From: Octopus vulgaris
Lineage: Eukaryota
DNA: 64,000 nt
NCBI GenBank assembly: GCA_951406725.2
Contig: OX597830.1
Location: 35,836,001-35,900,000, forward strand
Reading direction: 5' to 3'
Positions 13,854-28,762 of this stretch are shown piece by piece; positions within the stretch are counted from its first letter, which is position 1, and each line of letters starts with the position of its first letter. The notes below the pieces were generated by a model that saw only the letters and a list, made by a program, of their open reading frames with translations, did not search any database and was not told the origin of the DNA. The position numbers and the translations under genes were made by a program.

Positions 13854-14699
13854 CAGTTAGATAAACATCGAGATACTTATAGATATTGATATATGGCTAA
13901 CTAGAGAAAGTGATGTGTGATTCATAAATATATAGGTAATACAAATGGTGCTATTTACTTTGAACAAATTTACTGTTTATCTTGTGTGTTTTTATATATT
14001 TCTTTGTTGGTTTTTTTTTTCTGTTTTTCTTTTACTCTTTCTGTTTGTGTTCTACATATAAGTAATGTATAATTCGGTTCTTTTATTCCATAAGTAGGTA
14101 TTAATTCGCAATACTAATTTATAACCTATAAAAATCTCACCTTCCTCAGTGTCTTTTATAAGTAATATTTATTGTTAGCTTCATTATTATTATATAGGTC
14201 GACGACAGCGGTGAGGACGGTGACGGAGCCGAACGTTGAGGTGAGTGGCAGAATCATATAGTGCATTGGATGAAATAGTTTTACCCGTATTTAATGCACG
14301 TTCCTATATTTTTCTGTATCTGAAATACGGCCAGAATCAATATTTGCTTTTATCTTTCCAGGGCTCGATATACCACATACCCGTCGCGTATTGGGTGTGA
14401 TTCTATCAAGTTCAACATTATACGGTATTCGATATGTACCGTACGACCAGCTAGGCTTAGATAAGTATTTATTCCCATGAATGTCCAGGCCTCGATAAAG
14501 CGCAAGTATCGGGTGTGACTCAGTCGTGAATATCGTGTTACTGTAATGAAAATTTACTGTACGTCCAGTCCTAGAAAATTTACCGTACGACCACTCTGTA
14601 ATTTCCTTTTGATAGTAATCGTTTTTCTTATTTAGGCAATAAGAGAATCGGTGGGAAAAGAGTTCTTGTAGTTCATGGCTACGTCTCTTCGAGCTCTAA

Positions 14700-14925
14700 G
14701 CTAGGGAAATGTTTTTCTATCCATCAATCTTCTCTACCCATGGCATCTCCTCTACAGAGCCCTATTAGAAGCAGATTGCATAAGATTTTTTTTAGCTGGA
14801 TTCACAAGCACGACCAAATCAGACTGTGGATATCATACAACCATCTCGTTCATGGTCTACCCCAAAATCCACAGACTGATTTATCGCCGGCACGAATAAA
14901 TCTACCCAAGTCTGCAGTTTGAAAT
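14700..14925 (-). mobile_element. Decayed RTE-type LINE 3' fragment
   Basis: Minus strand gives GRP*TRWLYD followed by LIWSCL*I, resembling the RTE C-terminal GRPRTRW.D...L.WSRLGI. Confidence 0.4.
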
Positions 14926-15207
14926 GGGAAGTCATTCTTTATGAACAATTCTTACTCCATAAAACGGGTGTCTGTTTGCTTGTGAGTGTGTGTATGTGTC
15001 TGTGTCTGTGCCAGTATCCGTTGTGTGTATGTTTGACGTGTGTGTGTGCGTGTGTGATAGAATGGGCTTTTGTGTGCGTGTATTTTTTCGTATGTGTGTG
15101 AGTGTGTATGTATGTGTCTGTATATGTGGGTATGTATGTGTAAGTGTGTATGTGTGTTTGTGTGTATGTGTTTGTGTGTGTGTTTGTGTGTGTGTGTTTG
15201 CGTGTGT

Positions 15208-15240
<33 letters not shown>

Positions 15241-15728
15241 ATAGAATAGGCTTATACTGCTATGGATCGCAACTAGAGAAAAAGTTTTTCGATTTCGTTT
15301 CCCAGACCACTGAGAAGTGCAAACGAGAAACTCTGAATAAAAAGTCACGCAGATTTAGCCTTTAATATAGGAATAGTGGTTCTCGAAGCGCAACACAAAC
15401 AGCCATGCTACCTTCGGCCTTTTTTTTTTCTTAACCAAAAATGGTCTTTCAACTCAATATTTACATGCTTTTCTTAACAGATTTTTGTGATGTGCTTCGA
15501 AAACCATTATTCCCAAAAAGAAATATATATTGGCGCTTCATTATCTGTTACTTCCATGGGAAAGAGGGGAGATTTTAGCGCACACGAAGGAACACCATAA
15601 TATGTTATAAAAGTCTTTATCCTAACCCCTCTCATACTGTTTGCTTATTCTCTCATGCTTAGCATCTGTCTCATCTCTCTCTCTCACTCTTTTTCTCTCT
15701 TGCTCTCTCTCTCAACCTTTCGCTCGCG

Positions 15729-15782
<54 letters not shown>

Positions 15783-16383
15783 CTCTCTCTCTCTCTCTGT
15801 CGTATGTATATATATATATATAAGTCAACTTGCATGAACGGAAAGGTCAGCACGTAATATTTTAATGTATAACTTTTTCTCTAATGAAATTATATTCATA
15901 GCATATAAATGCAATTTTAAAGCATACATTTGTAATTTACATATTAAGCACTAATGGAACGGCTGTAAGAAGTAAGGGTTACCAAATTTTTAATTATTAT
16001 TATTATCTTAACTCTCCATTTCTTTCCTACATTTCACTGAACATGAATTTCGTATATATATATGTGTGTGAGTGTGTGAGAGAGAAATGGAAAACAGAAC
16101 CATAACTTGAACAGTTATAACTTCAATTTAATCTAAATATTTTATACAAACAAATGACACATCTCGTAAATTACAGCTGTTTCCGTTTCATTAATAGAAC
16201 GGAGTTTATCAAGAATAATCAAATCAGTTTAAATATGTAATAACGCTTCATCAGATAGACATATCTACTTAAATATTTGACGAAAAATATCCATTGAAAA
16301 TATTTATAATTGCTAAGGATATTTAATATCCCTTAAGTGTATGTTATATATAGATATAGAAATACACACACATATATATACAC

Positions 16384-16439
<56 letters not shown>

Positions 16440-16501
16440 GGCGGTGCCCCAGCATGGCCACAGTTCGTGAGCTGAAACTAGATAAAATATAAATAAAATA
16501 T

Positions 16502-17082
<581 letters not shown>

Positions 17083-17135
17083 TTATATGTATATGTATAC
17101 ATATATCCATCTCTCTCTCTCTCTCTCTCTCCCTG

Positions 17136-17168
<33 letters not shown>

Positions 17169-17209
17169 TATATATAATCAAAATAAGCAACAAGGATATC
17201 CAGAGGTAA

Positions 17210-17297
17210 TGCAGTACGATCGTTTCATGCAACTCCATTTAATTGACCAATACAAATATTACATCAAATTTAAGATGTAGAGCAATCTTCAGCTGCA
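17210..17297 (-). ncRNA. Minimal type I hammerhead-ribozyme-like motif with long helix II insert
   Basis: Minus: tgcag-CTGAAGA-ttgc(insert)gcat-GAAA-cgatcg-TA-ctgca. Intact core boxes, 5-bp helix I, palindromic helix III, GUA site. Confidence 0.65.
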
Positions 17298-17667
17298 AAA
17301 AAAATATAGAATTTATTTAAATTCGAAGGATTCATTTGTATAGTTTTTCTATTAACCAAAATCTACAACTATGGTGTTGTTGATGAAACATGTTCTTTTG
17401 TCTATCTACTTATCCTCTTTGTGATTTTTTCTACATATTTCATTTAAGTACATATTTTGATAAGGTTTATAAACAACCGAAACATGTAAAACAAGGTTTT
17501 TTCTTGTATTTATATAAAGAAATTTGAATGTACCTAATTTTTAAAAGTAGAATTTTCGTTCCTCTTTTTCATATATGTATGTGTGTGTATCTATCTGTCT
17601 ATGCATGCATGTATGCATATATCCATCCACCCATACATGGTGGTTGGTCCGCATTAATCCGTAAGGA

Positions 17668-17886
17668 GAATAGGTCGGTTTACCGGTTTCCCTAACATAT
17701 ATATTCCTTCCTGGACGAGACGCTGTTCCCTCAGAGGATTACTCATCTTTACCACTTGGCGGAGGGGGGCCGGAATAGAACAACGTGAAATGAAGTATTT
17801 TTGCTCAAGAATACACTGCGTTGCCCGGTCTCGGAATTGAAACCACAATCTTACAATTTCGAATCCAGCATCCTAACCAGGAAGTC
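17668..17886 (-). mobile_element. SINE family C
   Basis: Shares gtgaaatgaagt.ttttgctcaagaa and the ccggttt tail with 2001-2202. Confidence 0.7.
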
Positions 17887-18819
17887 AAATGCATACATAC
17901 ATACCTGTGATTATTGGGACACTAAGATATGTAACACACTGCCTAAATACAAATCTTGATAAATTAGGCTTCTCAAAACCAAAAAGGAAAAAGCTTATTC
18001 GAAGACTATACAGATCCAAGCCATCACCGGGACTGTAAAAATCTGTAAAACTTCCCAGAGGTTTATCGTTTATGTATATACGAGCATATCTAGACGTGCA
18101 ACTGTATGCCTGAGAATATATACGTAAAACACTACATACAAATCTGCACATATACATAGATACACACATACATACAAAAATACCCTGTTAATGTTGTTGA
18201 AATTCCAATGAAGAAGCCTTGGATCTACGTTAGAAACCGGTTCTATCTCTATTGCTAAGGAATCTTGAAATAAAACTGAAAAATGACATACTTGCGTACA
18301 TACATCAGAGTAAATAATATATTAGAAAGTTAATGGTCTACAGTGCAGTGATAGGTGGATGTTTTTTTTTTTTAATACATAGATAAGATAATGTTAATGG
18401 CAATAGTTTCGCGCAAAGAAGTTCCTGATTCTTCAATTGTAACTTGAATAAATCTGGCAGATCAGCCATTTTATCAGACAGAATAAAAACTAGGCTTCTA
18501 ATGAGATTTCGAACAATAACAGATGGCACGAAACCGAATGTAAATATTTAACTAAATGAGTAAAAGGAAGCTATCATTCAGAGCTTATAGAACTGGCTGT
18601 TTCTCTTGTGGGGTATGCCAGTGCTAACCGGCGGTGTTTTGACAAAATAAATATAAATTATATATTTGTGCATATATGCAATATAATGTATTAAATATTA
18701 GTATTGTGTAATTTTGCAATCGTTGCTTGATATACCACCTGAGAATTATACATTAATAAAAAAGACTCAAACATACGTCTGTATGTGTGTGTGTGTTTAC
18801 AACACGTAACTAGCATCAT

Positions 18820-18833
18820 CAATATCATCAATA

Positions 18834-18869
<36 letters not shown>

Positions 18870-18898
18870 GTATTAGTATTATTATTATTACTATTATA

Positions 18899-18955
<57 letters not shown>

Positions 18956-19000
18956 ATTATCACCAACATCATCATCATCTTCGTTATCATCATCATCATT
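18820..19000. repeat. (ATT/ATC)n microsatellite
   Basis: Directly visible. Similar tracts at 39285-39570 and (CAT)n at 53735-53960. Confidence 0.95.
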
Positions 19001-19009
19001 AATAATGTA

Positions 19010-19165
19010 GGCAGATGGCAGAATCGTTAAAGTGCCATGAAAAATTACAGCTATTCACGATTTGGAGTTCAAATCTCGCTGAGATCAACTTAGCCTTTTA
19101 TCCCTCAGGGATCGATGTTATATTTTATCAGTCAAGTATTGAGATCGATAGTATCGATTAATATG

Positions 19166-19196
<31 letters not shown>

Positions 19197-19680
19197 ATAC
19201 GCACACACACACACACTCATACGCACACTCGCACGCCTGAAAGTTACTCTCCTTAAATTAGAAATCATTATAACAGATGTGCGTTGGCTCAATCTTTTCA
19301 GCCTTGGAAAAACATACCTTGCAGCATTTCTGCAGGCTTTTTATATTCTGAGATAGAATTTCGCCGTGTCAACTTCCTATTTCTCCTTTCAGTATCGATA
19401 ACGTAAAGCCCAAGTCAAGTATAATGTCGATGGAATTGACTGAATCCGATTACCTAAAATAACTGGCTTTTTGCTATACTCCGAAACCATTACAATTCTT
19501 TATATTCTGGGTCCATATTTTGTCATGGTCACATTCTGTCGAGGTCACCTTATACAGAGGTTACATTCACCTTCAATCCTTTTGGAGCCGTCAAATAAGT
19601 ACCCGTTGAACACTGGGTTAATGTAATCGACTAGGTCTCAATACATCTCAAAATTGCTGGACTGGTGTCAAAATTCGAAG
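19010..19680 (+). mobile_element. Cluster of three decayed SINE B copies
   Basis: Fragments such as tggcagaatcgtta, gagttcaaat, ccttttatccctcagggatcgat, ccttcaatccttttggagccg and aaaattgctgg match family B. Confidence 0.6.
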
Positions 19681-19794
19681 CTGCTGTTTTTTTTATTCAT
19701 TGATGTTTTTGCACTGGCAGATGTTATACCGACATTATGCCAAAAGAGGGAGCCATATCAAATGGCCGAATGCCCTTTGGATCATTCCTCCTTC

Positions 19795-20400
19795 AACTTC
19801 CTAACACCCTCTTTAGGATCCTTGTTCCTAAGAAGCCTGTTTTCTGCAACAACCCCGTTCTCTTGGTAATTCCTAGCTTTCTAGTTCCTAGTTTCCTAAT
19901 TTTCCACTTCAGCTTCTGATATTTCTCACCTTTCTTCTCATTCACCCCGTGCTTCACGGTGAAGTGATATCCACAATAATTACTTCTTTTCTACGACAAC
20001 AATGTCAGACTCTCTAGCCACAATAAAATGGTCACACTAGATGGTGAAGTCCCGCAAGATCTTATACTGTTCGTTTTCAGCCACCACTTCCGGTTGGTGC
20101 TCACGCCATCTCGCACCTCTGTTCATGTCCTACGTGTGACAGCGCTTCCAGTGAATCATAATGACGATGCTGTCGTGTCTTCTCTTGTCCTCTTTCTGTG
20201 CAAGCATCTTATAGTCACTAATACTGTGGTTTATTGTTTTACCTTTCTCATTATATAATCTACAAAGTGGGCAAGTCATTGACTTCTCAAGATTGAACTT
20301 AGTTCGATCCCAGTGCCTGTTTTCGCACTGCAAAGATAAGATCTTAAGTTCCAACTCTCAAGTCGCTTTTCCTAGTCCATTCCCAAATCTTCAATGGTTG
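19795..20400 (-). mobile_element. R4/Dong-like non-LTR retrotransposon C-terminus (zinc knuckle plus restriction-like endonuclease), decayed
   Basis: Minus: PLCRLYNEKGKTINHSIS..MLAQKEDKRRHD.IV.MIHW, W.EHQPEVVAENEQYKILRDFTI*CDHFIVARESDIVVVEK..IIVDITSP, EKYQKLKW, LLQKTGFLGTRILKRVL. Confidence 0.8.
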
Positions 20401-20962
20401 TAAAGCGATCTTAACCACACAACCATGCATGCGCGTATGTAGTATTTGTTTTCTCTGACTCTGCTTACAAGAGCCGTAACGCAACTCTAATAAAACAGTG
20501 AGTTTAACTGATATAAACTCTACGGCTTGTTATTGTTATCAGTCTTTTATATATATATATATATCTGTCTATCTGATTGTTTAATTTCTAAACAATTCTA
20601 TTGCTCTGCATTTGTTTATATTTACTTAGCGATTCGTCCGCTGCTATGTCAGTAAAGTAAGCAAGAGAAAGGCTTCACTTCAACGAAGATGTTCACTGAC
20701 GCAGAAACATGTCCGGAGTTGTCTCCCGTACTGTACTCGCCGGAACTATATGAAAGATTAATATCAATCAACGACTAATAATACATTTGTTCCACTGCAT
20801 ATTTAATTCTTACTTCAGCTTTTTATGGTCGATGCATTACATATTCTGATACGGACTGACATCTTTTACTTTCTCTTTCCCTCTCTCTCTTGCTTCCTCT
20901 CTCCCTCTATCGTATATATACATACACACATAAATATATATACATATATATACACATACGCT

Positions 20963-21007
<45 letters not shown>

Positions 21008-21095
21008 TGTATATATATATGTGTGTGTATATCTATCTATATATATATGCATATATGTACGCATATATATATATATGTATATATATGTGTGTATA

Positions 21096-21154
<59 letters not shown>

Positions 21155-21187
21155 CACATATATATACGTATATACATATATATATAC

Positions 21188-21245
<58 letters not shown>

Positions 21246-22877
21246 ATACATACACGTGCTTTATTTACCTTCTTGTGAGTATGAATCTATTTATCTTCGT
21301 CTATCGTTGTCTAACAATATATTTTTTCACTACCAACCAAGCCTTCTGTTTTACTATTTAACTATTTCCAAGACAGAACACTTATCATTATAGCTATCGA
21401 TCCGACAATCTATCTGTTTCACTTTGATGCGCTTTTTTTCTTTCCTTTTCTTATTTTTGCTATTTTTTTGTCTGTTTTCTTCTTTATCTATTCACATTTG
21501 TAGTTTTATCTATGCAGGCAGGCGCAAGCATCGGTGAGTGATTAAGAACTCCGCTTCGCAACCAAGAGATCTCAGTTTCGATACAACTGCACAGCATCTT
21601 GAGTAAGTGTCTTTAGAGTATCCTTTGATCTACACAAGTCTTGTGAGGAAAACTGGGAATATGGAAATTGTGCGGAAGCCTACCGTTCAAAAGTTCAATT
21701 TTGTCCCGCAGGACTAGCAGTAGGTATCACTTTTACGTTACGAACGTAACGTGGAACAATCAGCAACTTACATTTTCATTTAACGAACCGTACGTTCAAC
21801 GGAACGAACAGCTTAATGGTTATATACATAGATGTGTGTGTGCGCGCGTGCACGTATTATATATATGCGTGTGTGTGTGCTTACATGTATAGATAATATA
21901 TGAACACATATGTGTGTATATATATGTGAGTGTATATATGTGTATCATATGTACGTATGCAAGCATGTGAGTACACATGTATGTTCATGACGTGTGAGTG
22001 TTGCTTGCACGTGTGTACGTGTTCGCGTGCATGCACCTGAATTAAAAATACCCATGTAACTTAATTTAGTTAAGTGGTGAATACCAAAGTAACGATGGCA
22101 AAGAATGGGGCGACCCTTCAGTCTTGTATGCCTTCAACGTGGGGCAATCAATGAGGAGATATCGAGAAAAGAAATGCAACAACAAAGCATTACCAATGAA
22201 AATAATTCTGAGAAGCAAAAATAAAAAAAAAAGAAGAAGGGAGAGAGATGGTGGTGGTGGTGGGGGAGGAAGAAATGAAGAACAGAAACATTCACAATCC
22301 GGGCATTCATAGAATTACTAATAACTGCAATTCTTGAAGTTACAACAACAACAACACAACATCGCTCTAATCAAGAATATATAACATACAACACTATATA
22401 TATATATACTTGTGTGTGTATTTGTGTGGATGGCTGGATGTGTGTCTATGTTTGCTTGTGTGTGTGTGTGTGTGTGTACAAGTATTATGTATATATGTGC
22501 ATATATGTATAACTATAAACAGCTACATATTACTTGACTAGAAGCGTTTATGCAAATAACGCAGCAATACAAATCAATCTTCCTTTGTTTTGTTATTTGT
22601 TTTTAGCCCTTTCTATTTTTAAGTTGGAAGGTCAAAGGTTCAAGCGACTTTTAACAAACTAAAGAAAAATTGAAAAAAGTAAACTAAAGATTATCCCATT
22701 ATCATAATCATAATTACTGACATTATCGTTTCTGATGTCGCTCTCATGACAAGTAACACACCAAAGCACAATTGCTGTGACATCAACAAAAAATAACAGT
22801 TACATCTATTTCAAATCTTACTCGAACATCGTTTTCAAGAAAGATAAGACGCTCTGGATACTGTAGTCTCATATACT

Positions 22878-23204
22878 GCAACTGGCTCTCTGTCGGTTAT
22901 GATGACGAGGGTTCCACTCCATCCGATCAATGGAACAAACTGCTGGTAAAATTTACCTGCAAGTGTCTAAGAACAGCCCCCAAAACGCGTACCTTTAACG
23001 TAGTTCTTAGGAAGATTCAGCGTGAAACAACGTGACAAGGCTGGCCCTTTGAATTAAAAGTAGAACTCATTTTTGCTAGCTGAGTTAACTCGGAGCAATG
23101 TAAAATAGATTCTTGCTGAAGGTTACAATGCAATGCAAGGAATCGAATTCCCGACCATACGATCTTGGCCGTATGTTCCTATTCACTAAGACATACACCT
23201 CCAC
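22878..23204 (-). mobile_element. SINE family C (long-tail subfamily)
   Basis: Core actcatttttgctagctgagt; the body is the reverse complement of 25305-25615. Confidence 0.75.
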
Positions 23205-23329
23205 ATATATAAAATGTTGGAATAGAATGAGGGAATTCTTCGTAACTGATACGTCGTTGGCCACCAATCTACTCGGTCAGACATTAAAAATGTTAGACAT
23301 TAAAAATGACAATAATAACAGCCATGAAG

Positions 23330-23522
23330 CATCTAATTTTATGGTTCTGTTTGCTAGAATTAACAGTCAAACGTCTCTTAAATCGCACTCTACCCCCTGG
23401 GAAAGGTTACACTAATCAAGGTATTTAGAAATGCTGAGAAATATAGAATGGCTGGAATGGCTTTTACAGAAGATCTGCTCCATTAGACATGACCTGGAGA
23501 GAAACAACATCAACAACAACAA
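23330..23522 (+). repeat. Dispersed repeat E (ctagaa..agcagccaaa...gacctggggctaaacaacaac)
   Basis: Homologous segments at 24330-24535, 24700-24900, 25640-25790 and 32200-32385. The (CAA)n tail suggests a retroposon. Confidence 0.55.
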
Positions 23523-23544
23523 TATTATACAGTTCAATATTTAA

Positions 23545-23794
23545 GAGATGAGGAATTACGCACATTATTTACATTATTTACATTTGACGGATATTTGTTC
23601 TCATCTTTTTTATTGTTAACATGACTTATATGGCGTATTGGTTAAGAGCGCGGGCAACTAACCACAAGATTCCGAGTTCGATTCCAGGCAGTGACCTTAA
23701 TAATAATAATTATTATAATTAGTAGAAGAAGAAGAAGAAGAAGAAGAAGAAGAAGAAGAAGAAGAAGAAGAAGAAGAAGAAGAAGAAGAAGAAG

Positions 23795-23830
<36 letters not shown>

Positions 23831-23998
23831 AATAACAACAATATTGAAAAATACCTTGGGAATGAGAACCCAGGTTCGAAATTTTCCCAAGACACCTGAT
23901 GAAGGCTGGAGAGTATATCAGCCAAAATGTTGTGTTAGCAACAAACAAGATGAGGACAAATATCCGTCCTCATCTTATGCAAATAATGTGAATAACAA
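23545..23998 (+). mobile_element. Composite element: inverted terminal segment, tRNA-like head, microsatellites, hammerhead-like motif
   Basis: A box TGGCGTATTGG 23631-23641; B box GAGTTCGATTCC 23674-23685; (TAA)(GAA)(CAA)n; acac-CTGATGA-a-ggctg/cagcc-AAAA-tgtt-gtgt at 23892-23935. 23585-23621 is an inverted copy of 23933-23968. Confidence 0.65.
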
Positions 23999-24009
23999 TA
24001 TTTTACATA

Positions 24010-24108
24010 CAGGGCGTAGCAATATAACCTCTGATTCACCTTTCTTTATAAGCGTTTAAAACGTTTATTAAGATTTGGGAATCTGAGTTGGGTTTCTGCC
24101 GCACCCTG
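24010..24108. mobile_element. Tc1/mariner-type MITE (about 100 bp)
   Basis: TA|cagggcgtagca ... tgccgcaccctg|TA: imperfect TIRs with TA on both sides. Confidence 0.65.
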
Positions 24109-24219
24109 TATGACTGATGTCAAAATCCAAAATTAGCAGCAATAAGAGGAATAAGAGCAGAGTCGGTCTCAAAACCATCAGCATCAACAACAATGAAAAT
24201 GTGAAAATTAAAAATCAAC

Positions 24220-24930
24220 AACGATGCTTCAACATAGTCACGGGCAACATGCAACCATGAATTATTTTAGTTGTGCGACCCGTTTGATGATGAGTGATGT
24301 CTCATTCGGCTTATTTCTAAAAAAAAAGTTGCCTCTGCCTGCTCTATATTATCCCCCGACATTTTAGAAATAGCAACCAAGAGTCACACCGTGTTGCCTG
24401 CACAAAAAAAAAGAGAATAGATTGGATAATGTTGCCCTGTATACACCATACTGAAAAAAATGGTGTGGTTTGCTGCAGCGTCATTGATTATAGATCTCCT
24501 TAATCAGGACCGACCTAGGGCTAAACAGCATCAAACTCAAGATTAAAAATAAGGGAATCTACCGAAAATTAGAACTCAACGAAGATGCTTTTACATTAGC
24601 CATGGGCAACATGCAACCCTCGAGCCGATGAAGTTACTGAATGACACGCTCAACGAAAGATTGCCTGTTGATGAGCCATGTCCCATGCGGATTGTAAAAG
24701 GGTACACATGCTTGCTCTGTATTATCACTCGACATTCTAGAAATAATATACAAAATTTATACCCCATTTCCTTAAAAAAAAAGAAGAATGTTGTCCTGTA
24801 TACACCATACTGTTAAAACTGGTGTAGTTTTTGCTGCAGCGTCATTGATCACAGATCTCTTTGATCAGGACCGACCTTGGGCTAAACAACGACAAAATCA
24901 AGTATAAAAACTAATGAAGCTACCGAATTT
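24220..24930 (+). repeat. Old tandem duplication, two units of about 360 bp
   Basis: Shared blocks in order: gatgctt, gggcaacatgcaacc, ctgtatacaccatactg, tgctgcagcgtcattgat, atcaggaccgacct.gggctaaaca, ctaccgaa. Confidence 0.8.
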
Positions 24931-25304
24931 CGTGAGTCTTATTAATTCGTAGTTTTTACTATTTATTGTAGATGTTGTTTCTGTTGTTTAGCTCAAATAT
25001 ACATTTCCCCAATCGCTAACTTCTGTATGTTTTCGTACTTTGCATATATGTTTATTAACATTAGGAAAAACTTTGCATCTCTTTACATTCTAAATCTAAA
25101 TCTCGCTATCGTTCACTTTACGTACTAAACTTGACTTTAAATCAAAATGGTGTGCGATTTTATCGAGTTTTGATCGTATATTTTTGCTGCATTGAACAAG
25201 TGAATAACATTTGTTTTTTCGTCTTCCGAGTGTTGATAAATTAATAACTCCTGACGTGCTGGAATTAGATCCACCCGTACATTCCCCTATCGAACTAGTG
25301 AAAC

Positions 25305-25615
25305 ACTAGGTTAGGGTATTAGGCTCACGATCGTAAGGTTGTGAGTTCGATTCCCGGCAGCGCATTATGCTCTTGAGCAAGACATTTTATTCCACGTTAA
25401 TCCAGTTCGCGCTCAGCTGGCAAGAATGAGTAATACCTTTAACAGAAAGGGCCAAACTTGTTGCATTCTGTGTTACACTGAATGTCACCGAGAACTATGT
25501 GAAAGGCTCGCGTGCTTGTAGACTGCTCAGATGCTTGCACATTAATTTCAGGAGAATGCTGTTCCGTTGATCGGACCAACTGCTACTCGCATCGTCGCAA
25601 CCGATGGAGTGCCAC
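25305..25615 (+). mobile_element. SINE family C
   Basis: ggttagggt..gagttcgattccc (B box), then ctcttgagcaagaca...ctcagctggcaagaatgagt. Confidence 0.8.
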
Positions 25616-25922
25616 GTTTCTTATGAACGAAACCTCAATTTGCGCATTAGACATGCCACAAATAGCAGTCAAATCTCTATTAAATTAATTTCAAGGATCT
25701 TTAAAAGTGAAGGGCACGCTGTTGCGTTATATAGTCAATATTAGATGAATCGAATGGTTATGGCAGAAATATCTTTCATCATAATTCTGGCAGCAGAAGG
25801 CTTTACGATGTTTATTCTAAGCCTTTCAGGTCTGAGTTCAAATCTCATGGATATAACTGCTGCTTTACATCACTTCAGGATCCGAAGTCAAGTATTCGCC
25901 AAGTACTAGGGTCCGTTTATTC

Positions 25923-25975
<53 letters not shown>

Positions 25976-26334
25976 CTCTCTCTCTCACTCCCACTCTCTC
26001 CCTCTCTTTCTCAGTCGGTATCTCTTTGGTCCTAAATCACTAGTATGATGTAGCCACTTACAACCGTTTCTCCAGCACTCGGGGACACGAAATTAAAGAC
26101 AGGTTGACAAGGGGTTTCGGAATATTCAAGAACGACAAAAATTATACAACAGTAAGAACAACCACAACAACAACACCCAAAACTATCCTCTTCTTCATTA
26201 TCATTACTATAACAAATATTATACACTATACACACACATAAATGTTTGTCATGCACACACGCACGCACACACACATATATATATACATATAACATATATA
26301 TACATACATGTTTATCTCTCTCTCTCTCTCTCTC

Positions 26335-26373
<39 letters not shown>

Positions 26374-26447
26374 GTGTTTATATATATATACACATACACA
26401 CACACACCTATATCATATATACATATATATTTAAGCACACAAGTATT

Positions 26448-26498
<51 letters not shown>

Positions 26499-26566
26499 GC
26501 ATATATTTTCAAACATAGAAGCATGTATATAGATACACACACAAACATGCACTCAAACACACACAA

Positions 26567-26630
<64 letters not shown>

Positions 26631-27110
26631 GCATGTATATGTGTACGTAGGTACGTATATATCATTGAAAGAGAGATAACTTTGTTGGCACTTCCTCTAA
26701 TTTATCCTAATAAACACAATCACAATCTGACAACTGCTTTTTAAAATCGAGTTTGTCTTTCGTTCTTTCCGATGCCTTCTCGAAAGCAGAGGAATGTCTG
26801 TTGTCTTTTCTCTTAATGTGTTTTATTTTTGGTTTCTTTTCTTCTGTTATTTTTTCCCCTCTCCCTGCAAATTCGGGCCATTTATTTATACATCTATCTA
26901 TATAACTATCTAATTGGCCTTCTCACAATCAGCGAATCAGAGACTTTGGCTGCTTTCCTTTCCTTTTCTTACTCTATTTCTGTCTGTATAACTATCTAAA
27001 TGTAGATGTATGCAAATGCGCATGTGTTCATATATATATATATATATATACATGGACATATTATTCGTGTCTGTATGTGTGTGCACGTCGGTGCCTGTGT
27101 TTCTGTGTGC

Positions 27111-27186
<76 letters not shown>

Positions 27187-27266
27187 ACAACGCACGCACA
27201 CAATTAGGCAAATATTACAAATATTGACAGGTGTGTGTGAGTATATATATATACACTCATACAGAA

Positions 27267-27302
<36 letters not shown>

Positions 27303-27511
27303 GCATGCAGGTATATACATATACATATATAGGAATGTATATATATATACATGTATATTTATATATATGTTTGTATTTACATACATGCATGTGTGTGTGC
27401 GTGTGTGCGAGTGTGTGTGTGTGTGCCTATATCAGTTTATCTATTCAGATGCGAAGAACTATCTTTAAATATAAGTATTTCATTTCCCCACCCTTCCTAT
27501 CTCTCAGTAGA

Positions 27512-27566
<55 letters not shown>

Positions 27567-28114
27567 TATGTATATGTATATGTATATACAGTATGTAGAG
27601 ATGTATGTTTGTTCATTGATTTATAATTTCTTACACAGACACATTCAAACACAGAATTAAACGCATATACGTACACACTTATCGACTTATCGTTATTTCA
27701 GTCTCTCTAATTTAATTATCTATCTATCTATTTGTCTGCCTATTTATCTATCTATCTATTTATCTATCTATGCTAACAATCTATCTATCAAATCATTTAT
27801 TCTCATCAGCCAGATTAATGCTACAGGTTCTGTTTCCAGACCAATGTCTGGCAGAAGAATATTTTCGTGCCTACGTTCTGAGATTTTTATTAATCTGTCG
27901 GTATTTTTCTAATGAAATTTACGTCTAGTTTGCTAAGTTGGAATGATAGATTGCTATATGCTTTATCGTCCCCTGCAAATGCACAAATGGAAATGGCAAT
28001 AAAACGTGTAACTATTAAAGACATTTAGCTACCTTCGCATGCAAATAAATTCAGCTATATGTGCGTGTGTGTACATATAGAGATAGATATACATGTATAA
28101 ATATATGCATATTT

Positions 28115-28171
<57 letters not shown>

Positions 28172-28221
28172 TTTGTGTATGTATATATATATGTACATAT
28201 ATATACAAATATATATATATA

Positions 28222-28290
<69 letters not shown>

Positions 28291-28392
28291 CATTTACACA
28301 TACTTAATAAACATAAGTATAGAATACACGTGTATACGCAAATGTATATGTATAAGTATATATATGTGTGCGTGTGAGAGTTTCTTTCTATA

Positions 28393-28426
<34 letters not shown>

Positions 28427-28727
28427 CGCACATAATATATATGTATCAAATGCATGTATAAACGTATATATATATATATATATATACTATTACACATACG
28501 TATATGCATGTGTGTATGTGAACTATAGGTGCGCTCATGTATATATATGTGCTTGTCTATCAAGTACACACGGAGTGAATGATACACTCAGAGAGTATGA
28601 TAGATTTGGATTATTACATGAATTGCTAAATAGGCGGCGAAGTTATGTATATAACAATCATACAAATACATCTCTTCACTCACTATTACTATAGTATCTA
28701 CTTCTCTGTTATCCTTTATACAACAAG

Positions 28728-28762
<35 letters not shown>

